From NCBI GenBank assembly GCA_965214605.1, contig OZ243961.1:3264001-3328000 (forward strand): a stretch of 64,000 nucleotides of DNA, given 5' to 3'. Both the position numbers and the translations under genes were made by a program. The stretch comes from an uncultured Candidatus Binatia bacterium (GTDB lineage Bacteria > Desulfobacterota > Binatia > Bin18). Under the pieces are notes generated by a model. That model made no database searches, was not told the origin of the DNA, and was given only the letters and a program-made list of their open reading frames with translations. This document shows, piece by piece, positions 58,593 to 64,000 of this stretch (positions are counted from its first letter, which is position 1; each line of letters opens with the position of its first letter).

Positions 58593-58910
58593 CTAGAGCC
58601 GCAGGTAGAGAGTGCCGTTTTCAATTTTTACCGGATATACCGTTGCCCGAGCTGGGCGTGGGCTGGTGCCGTCGCGCAGCTCAAATCGCCAGCCGTGCAT
58701 TGGGCATTTGATGCCGCCTCTGTCGTCGATAAAGCCTCGGATAAGCGGCCCTCTGCGGTGAGGACACCGGTTTTTGATGGCGTACACCGTGCCGTTGATA
58801 TTGAACAGGGCGATCTCCACGCTCTTGACCTTCACCAGCTTGCGTTCTCCAGGGGGGAGGGCGGCTGTGGGGCAGGCTTCGAGCCATTCGGCGGCAGACT
58901 CTAGGGGCAT
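58593..58910 (-). CDS. Rieske [2Fe-2S] ferredoxin
   Basis: CPH...CPMHGW ligand motifs; 105 aa. Confidence 0.92.
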   Translation of the reverse strand: MPLESAAEWLEACPTAALPPGERKLVKVKSVEIALFNINGTVYAIKNRCPHRRGPLIRGFIDDRGGIKCPMHGWRFELRDGTSPRPARATVYPVKIENGTLYLRL

Positions 58911-58955
58911 GGACTGAACTGTCAGACGTCAAACCATAGTGATGTTTGCCGTTTG

Positions 58956-59939
58956 CTAGGGAATGTAGCCCCAGAGCCGAACGACAGCCCGGGGATCTGG
59001 ACTGCGGTAGGCTTTGTATTTCAACAGGGTATCAATACCGTCACAGGTCCGCTCCAGATTGGTCTCTAGATCCGGGAAGTCGCCCCAACCGCTGGGATTC
59101 TTATTGCTGAGAATCCAGTCCAGACCGCGCCCAATGGCCCCGTGGCCGTAGGCGTCCCCCAGCAAACGGGTCACGACCATCAAAGATCGGGTACAATCCA
59201 TAGAGTGGTCGACATTTTCCCCATCCCAAGAGCCGTCGGCAGCCTGCCACTCATAGAGCTTGTGGGTCCCTTTGGTGCACGCCTCACGCACCCCGCTGAG
59301 TTGGCTGTCCATGGCCAGGTCGGCAATCAGGGCGTCTTGAATAAGGTGGGCGGTGATCTCAACTCCCGAAGGATGAAACTCTTCGTCGTACCAGCCCCCG
59401 TCCTCGTCTTGATTATCAAGAATAAACCGTGCTCCCTTTTGCCAAGCCGGGACGACTTCGGACCGTCGATAGGGCTCTCCCAAAGCCATGACGACATTGA
59501 AGAAGCTGACCGGATGGCTAGTGGTGTCGAGATCCGCCCAGCTTGGATCGACCCATCGACCGTCGCCGTGTTGGGTATCAAGAAAATAATCAATCGCTCT
59601 GTGCACGGCTCGGCTGAGACGATCCTGCTGTAAAAAACGGTTGCCTCGAATCAGCATCAGGCCGCAAAAGGCCGAGACCCACACCGTGCTCTCTCGGTCG
59701 GCCGAAAACGGACTCCAACCCCCATCCCGCGTCTGGCAGTCAACCAGGGCGAGGTAGTCGTCCAAAAAATCTGGGGGAGTGCGGGCGTGTAGGACAACCC
59801 GCAACGCGTGCGCCACAAGCTCCAGATCTTGGGGACCAGCCGTCAAACTCCAGCCCGGTTTTTCGCGGACAAAAAACCTGTATTCGTCCTGCACGAGTTG
59901 GTCGATCTTTTCAAGAGCAAGCTCCATATCGTCCGTCAT
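58956..59939 (-). CDS. Prenyltransferase/squalene-cyclase repeat (QW-motif) protein
   Basis: QTRDGGW, QHGDGRW, QDEDGGW, QAADGSW, KNPSGW repeats; 327 aa, about one (alpha/alpha)6 barrel. Confidence 0.8.
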   Translation of the reverse strand: MTDDMELALEKIDQLVQDEYRFFVREKPGWSLTAGPQDLELVAHALRVVLHARTPPDFLDDYLALVDCQTRDGGWSPFSADRESTVWVSAFCGLMLIRGNRFLQQDRLSRAVHRAIDYFLDTQHGDGRWVDPSWADLDTTSHPVSFFNVVMALGEPYRRSEVVPAWQKGARFILDNQDEDGGWYDEEFHPSGVEITAHLIQDALIADLAMDSQLSGVREACTKGTHKLYEWQAADGSWDGENVDHSMDCTRSLMVVTRLLGDAYGHGAIGRGLDWILSNKNPSGWGDFPDLETNLERTCDGIDTLLKYKAYRSPDPRAVVRLWGYIP

Positions 59940-60012
59940 CCTTCATCTGTGACACTCCACCCATCACAGTGTACACGCCCGAACCGGTTTAGGGCGTATA
60001 AGGGGCGCGTTG

Positions 60013-61683
60013 TTATTTCATTTTCGCCCACGCCCGGCGATAATCCTCAAATGTATCAATTTCCAACCAGCCTTTGTAAATATCCACACACGCGATCTGA
60101 TGGTCGTGGTTTATCAGTTCTTGTAACATATCGGTAAAAGCGGCCTGCCGGAGCGAGGCGGCTTCGTGAAAGCGGCTGGTGGGCGACCGTTCGCAGATCG
60201 TGTGATAGGTCCGGCGTAAGAGCCGGGCACCCGCCTCAGAAAACATAGCGAGGCCAATAAACTCGCCATCCGCCTCAGACAGGTCTCGGCCAATGCGGGC
60301 CAGCGTCGTACCTTCTGTTGTGGGCAGAAAGCGATAGCCGGTCTGGGGCGGCTGGTGGGTGACGACTAAGTCCGGCTTATTGGCCTGGATTGCTTCGGCT
60401 GAGCGGGGCTGGTCGTTCCACGCCCGATCAACCACAATGCTGATATCGGCCTGTGATTTCAGCAGTTTCTCGACGATGGTCGGGTCGAAGATAATATCGG
60501 AGTACAGAAACAAAAACTGCCCCGACATTTCCGCCTCGGCCAGAAACAGCGAGGATAACTCTCCGGTGTCGAGAAACGCGTCGTTGTCGTAGTAGCGGAT
60601 ATTGGACAGGTTAATCTGCTCCTTTTGGTAGCCGCGCACCACAACGATATCTTTGACCCCACAGTCGTTGAGGGCGCTGATCTGGCGCTCAAGAATCGTC
60701 TGGCCTTTGATTTCCAGCATTGCCTTGGGACGATCTTCAATGAGCGGCAGCAAGTTTTCTTCAAAGCCGGCGGCGATAATAATAGCGGTCAGCCGGTGGC
60801 CACCCGGGACCAAGAATTTTTGCTCATTGGCCTGCAGAGCTGGCACGCCGACCAATTCGTATATATCGGGCAGGCTGGCAATCTGGTCATCGACCGCGCC
60901 TGGCCGGCTCTCGGCCTTCATCGTGGCTAGGGCGTGGCGCATGGCGCTGACGGCTGCCCGGAGAACTTGGTTGGCAAAGATCACCAGCTTAAATCCGGCA
61001 CTCGCCAGCTCGGCGACGGTGGTGTCGGCGTACGTCGTTGGGACACACACCAGCGGGCAAGGGTTGTTCCAGTCTGCTGTAAATTCCTGGAGTTCCTCAA
61101 AGTTCGTCGCCTTGGAATGGACCAAAATGGCATCGGCGCCGGCTTCAGCATAGGCCTCGGCACGCTTGAGTGCTTCGTGTTTACCCCAACCGGCAATCAA
61201 CGCCTCCGTGCGGGCGATGACCACAAAATTCGGATTGTTTTGAGCCGTTTTCGCGGCCTGAATTTTGCGGGCGTGTTCATCAACGGGAACCAACTCGCGT
61301 CGGACCCCGGCGTAAAAGCTGCACCGTTTCGGAAAGATATTGTCCTCAATACACAGCCCCGCAACGCCCGCCCGCTCGTATTCGGCAACCGTGCGTATGA
61401 CGTTGATGGCGTTGCCAAAGCCATTATCGCAGTCGGCAATGACGGGGACGTTGACCGCGTCGCACATGCGGCGGACGGCGTCGAGCGTCTCGCTCATAGT
61501 GAGAATATTCGCGTCGGGGAGCGCGCTCACTGCAGAAATGCCAAAGCCGCTCGCCCAGATCGCATCAAAGCCGGCCTCTTCGGCCAACTTAGCAGACAGC
61601 GCATCGTGGGCTCCAAGGACTAAGCCTGGCTGTGCACGGCCCAGCAAAACCCGCAGTTTTTCTGTCATGGAAAGGGCAGGCAT
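60013..61683 (-). CDS. PEP mutase/phosphonopyruvate hydrolase-like domain fused to a LicC/PntC-like nucleotidyltransferase
   Basis: N-terminal GAHDALSA, IWASGF, PDAN, DCDNGFGN, EDNIFPKRCSF, ARTEALIAG, VHSK, VPTTY; C-terminal IIAAG...PK, VRGY, YSDI, EFIGL, WLEIDT. Confidence 0.88.
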   Translation of the reverse strand: MPALSMTEKLRVLLGRAQPGLVLGAHDALSAKLAEEAGFDAIWASGFGISAVSALPDANILTMSETLDAVRRMCDAVNVPVIADCDNGFGNAINVIRTVAEYERAGVAGLCIEDNIFPKRCSFYAGVRRELVPVDEHARKIQAAKTAQNNPNFVVIARTEALIAGWGKHEALKRAEAYAEAGADAILVHSKATNFEELQEFTADWNNPCPLVCVPTTYADTTVAELASAGFKLVIFANQVLRAAVSAMRHALATMKAESRPGAVDDQIASLPDIYELVGVPALQANEQKFLVPGGHRLTAIIIAAGFEENLLPLIEDRPKAMLEIKGQTILERQISALNDCGVKDIVVVRGYQKEQINLSNIRYYDNDAFLDTGELSSLFLAEAEMSGQFLFLYSDIIFDPTIVEKLLKSQADISIVVDRAWNDQPRSAEAIQANKPDLVVTHQPPQTGYRFLPTTEGTTLARIGRDLSEADGEFIGLAMFSEAGARLLRRTYHTICERSPTSRFHEAASLRQAAFTDMLQELINHDHQIACVDIYKGWLEIDTFEDYRRAWAKMK

Positions 61684-61786
61684 GACCAAAACTATACGAT
61701 CTCGGGTCAGGAACAACAAGTGCCCGAGCACTCCGTCGCCAGTCCCTCATAGGGCGTCGATTTGCCTATGGTTTTCTGGCTAGACG

Positions 61787-63688
61787 TCAGGGAGCTAGGT
61801 CAATACGCTGGAGGTCGTGGAGAGCGTGCCTGATTTCGTCTAGGCGGTCGTCTAGGGTGGTTGGTGAATCCACCGGAAAAACGGCCCCCTGCCAGCGGTC
61901 CGGGTCTCGAAGCCAGGCGGCAAGGATCACACTGGCATCGATTTCCTCTGGGCGCAGCGGCACGTCACGATCCTGATCAAAGCGTTCCCGGGCCAGGGTG
62001 GCAAAGGGCGTGATATCGGTCTCTGACCGGACAAGACCGCTATGGATGAGCCGCCCGTTGAGCACGAGATAGACTTGGGCAGCCCCGGGGTGGCGGCTGG
62101 GTAGGAGCAGAAAAGCGTGCGTGCGGGTAATGATCCAGTCGAACAGGAGATGAATATGCAGGATGTGATCGAGCAGCTCGATGTCCTTTTGCAGGCGGGC
62201 GGCGCTCTCGAACCGTAGGCAGGCGGCTAGTTCGTCGCGTTTGGCAAGCAGGGCGTCCCGTACCCCTGTTTCATTGCCCTGAAGAAACCGCTGGAATGTC
62301 TCGACCTGCTCATGATACGCATCGTGTGACACCTGCAGATTACACGGGGCGGTACAGGCCCCGATCTGACCACTGACACACGGGGAAAAGTTTGGGTCTG
62401 GAGCTAGATTACCCTGACAGGTACGCAGACCAAACAGGCGAGCTAGTAGCCGCTGGGCTTTTTCGGCAAAGTCCCGGCTGCGAAAGGGGCCGATGTAAAG
62501 GGCCCGGTTAGCGGCCGGTTTTGTGGCCAGTGACAGGCGTGGAAACCGGTTTGTGACGCTCAGCTTAAGGAAGGCTACCCGTGGGAGGTGTTTTGAGCGG
62601 GTGTTATAAGGCGGCTTGAGGGTCCGGATGAGCGCTGCCTCGCGGAGCGCTGCTTCAAGCTCTGAGCCCGTCTGTTCGTAGCTGACGCTATGGACATGAC
62701 GCACGAGGTCGAGCACTTTATTACTGTGGCTGGAAGAGTTGGTGAAATACGAGCTGACCCGCCGTTTGAGGTTTTTTGCCTTTCCGATATACAACAATCG
62801 TCCCTCGCCGTTGAGCATGCGATACACGCCGGGTCCGTCCGGGATATGAGCCAGGGCGGGGCGGGGCAGCTGATATGCAAAACGGCGACCGTCACGGGCG
62901 GTATGCTGAAAGTCGAGCAGCTGGCCAAGGGTCATGATGCCGCGCGCTGGGAGTTGTTCCAGAAAGATGAGAAACACCTCTGCGGTGATGCGCGCATCAC
63001 CGCGGGCCCGGTGGCGGTCGGGACCTGAGACGCCGCACTGAGCGGCAAGCGCGTCAAGGGTGTGGGAACGGTGGCTGGGCAAAAGGCGCTTGGCCAAACG
63101 GACGGTACACAGGGTAGGGTTGAGTAGCGGGCTAGCTCTGAGACGTTTGGCGTCAAAGTTGAGGAAAGCCAGGTCAAAATCGGCGTTATGAGCGACAAGT
63201 GGGGTGGATCCGATAAAGGTTTGAAAGAGCGGAAAGACCGCGTCAATAGGTGGCTGATCGTGCAGCATCTGGTCGGTAATACCGGTTAGTCGGGTGACAG
63301 CCGGCGGCACCCGTCGACCGGGATTGACCAAGGCGTGAAACTCCTCTGTCAGTCGTCCGTGTTTGACCCGAACTGCCGCAATTTCGGTAATGGCGGCCGG
63401 GCCCGGTTTGAAGCCGGTCGTTTCAAGATCAAGAACGACAAACTCGGCATCGGGAATCGGCCTTTGGAGAGAAGCATGGACTGTGGCAGACCAACGATCG
63501 GTAGTCGCATCGTACGAAAAATGTGAATCTGAACCGATTGCCGCATGCAGAAAACGGGCCTCAAACTCAACCCTCCGATTGGGTTTGAGACCCGAACCCG
63601 CCCCGGGCGTGAAGAGCAGGTTGAGGAGTTCAGCTGAGCTGGCTCCTCCGGGCCGGGCGAGCACGTAATCGTATAATTTTTTGCGCAT
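61787..63688 (-). CDS. DEDDh exonuclease (PolIII epsilon-like) fused to a GIY-YIG/UvrC N-terminal (Cho-like) endonuclease
   Basis: LDLETTG, AHNADFD, HRARGDA; PGVY...YIGKAKNLKRRVSSYF, ELEAALRE...PPYN, Cys cluster, UVR motif LRFESAA. Confidence 0.9.
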   Translation of the reverse strand: MRKKLYDYVLARPGGASSAELLNLLFTPGAGSGLKPNRRVEFEARFLHAAIGSDSHFSYDATTDRWSATVHASLQRPIPDAEFVVLDLETTGFKPGPAAITEIAAVRVKHGRLTEEFHALVNPGRRVPPAVTRLTGITDQMLHDQPPIDAVFPLFQTFIGSTPLVAHNADFDLAFLNFDAKRLRASPLLNPTLCTVRLAKRLLPSHRSHTLDALAAQCGVSGPDRHRARGDARITAEVFLIFLEQLPARGIMTLGQLLDFQHTARDGRRFAYQLPRPALAHIPDGPGVYRMLNGEGRLLYIGKAKNLKRRVSSYFTNSSSHSNKVLDLVRHVHSVSYEQTGSELEAALREAALIRTLKPPYNTRSKHLPRVAFLKLSVTNRFPRLSLATKPAANRALYIGPFRSRDFAEKAQRLLARLFGLRTCQGNLAPDPNFSPCVSGQIGACTAPCNLQVSHDAYHEQVETFQRFLQGNETGVRDALLAKRDELAACLRFESAARLQKDIELLDHILHIHLLFDWIITRTHAFLLLPSRHPGAAQVYLVLNGRLIHSGLVRSETDITPFATLARERFDQDRDVPLRPEEIDASVILAAWLRDPDRWQGAVFPVDSPTTLDDRLDEIRHALHDLQRIDLAP

Positions 63689-63793
63689 GGCAGAGAACAC
63701 CCGGCAATCGAAGACTTGTGTCGCCACCGGACTCACTGTAGAATCTGGCCGCTAGCATAGCGCTAACAGTGGGACTTTCCAAGGATTTGCCGC

Positions 63794-64000
63794 GTGAGTG
63801 ATCTCCTTGAAGATATCGCCCAATTGACTGCCCTGCGTGAGGGGGCGGCTGGCGTTGCGATGGTCCTGAGGACGATTTATAGCGCTGAGCGGATCAGGTT
63901 GAGAGACCTGGCGCGACAGACTCATCTCCCCCTACCGGTGCTTGCCGCGATACGGCGGGAACTTGAGCGCACCCGGATCGTGGAACGGCAGGCGGGCATA
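63794..64000 (+). CDS. N-terminal fragment of a CDS (winged-helix-like), possibly bis-aminopropyl spermidine synthase (BpsA/DUF43) family
   Basis: Manual translation from GTG is open to the window edge: MSDLLEDIAQLTALREGAAGVAMVLRTIYSAERIRLRDLARQTHLPLPVLAAIRRELERTRIVERQAGI. Family call from memory; catalytic domain not visible. Confidence 0.45.
   Translation, partial: MSDLLEDIAQLTALREGAAGVAMVLRTIYSAERIRLRDLARQTHLPLPVLAAIRRELERTRIVERQAGI

Noticed and set aside
1-64000. CRISPR arrays, tRNA/rRNA genes, IS elements, integrases or prophage genes
   Set aside because: No spaced direct repeats, RNA-gene signatures or transposase/integrase/phage motifs seen by eye; small degenerate elements could have been missed.

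Overview
A gene-dense, GC-rich bacterial chromosomal segment with about 60 CDSs. I saw no rRNA, tRNA, CRISPR array, integrase or transposase. Paralog-rich catabolic families dominate: four family III CoA-transferases, two LLM oxidoreductases, an amidohydrolase, an SDR, a crotonase and a TPP enzyme. This repertoire plus DUF6178 suggests a Binatia/Tectomicrobia-like 'deltaproteobacterium' (inference only). Recognisable modules: gloB plus a VOC protein; a long minus-strand run (methyltransferase, dacB, a RavA/ViaA-like AAA+vWA pair, deacetylase, purE, purC, terC); a molybdenum-hydroxylase locus (xdhC, mocA, FAD and FeS subunits, two tandem large subunits flanking a MoaD-like gene); a four-gene Mg2+/mechanosensitive cassette; acoA-acoB-acoX without E2/E3; gshA-type ligase, otsB, an ECF sigma/anti-sigma pair and an epsilon-exonuclease/UvrC-like fusion. 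The best candidate for an undescribed system is 58593-61683. It holds a PEP-mutase-like/nucleotidyltransferase fusion with a non-canonical active-site loop (EDN-x5-CS instead of EDK-x5-NS), followed by a QW-repeat terpene-cyclase-like protein and a Rieske ferredoxin. All calls rest on motifs read by eye; no database searches were run.
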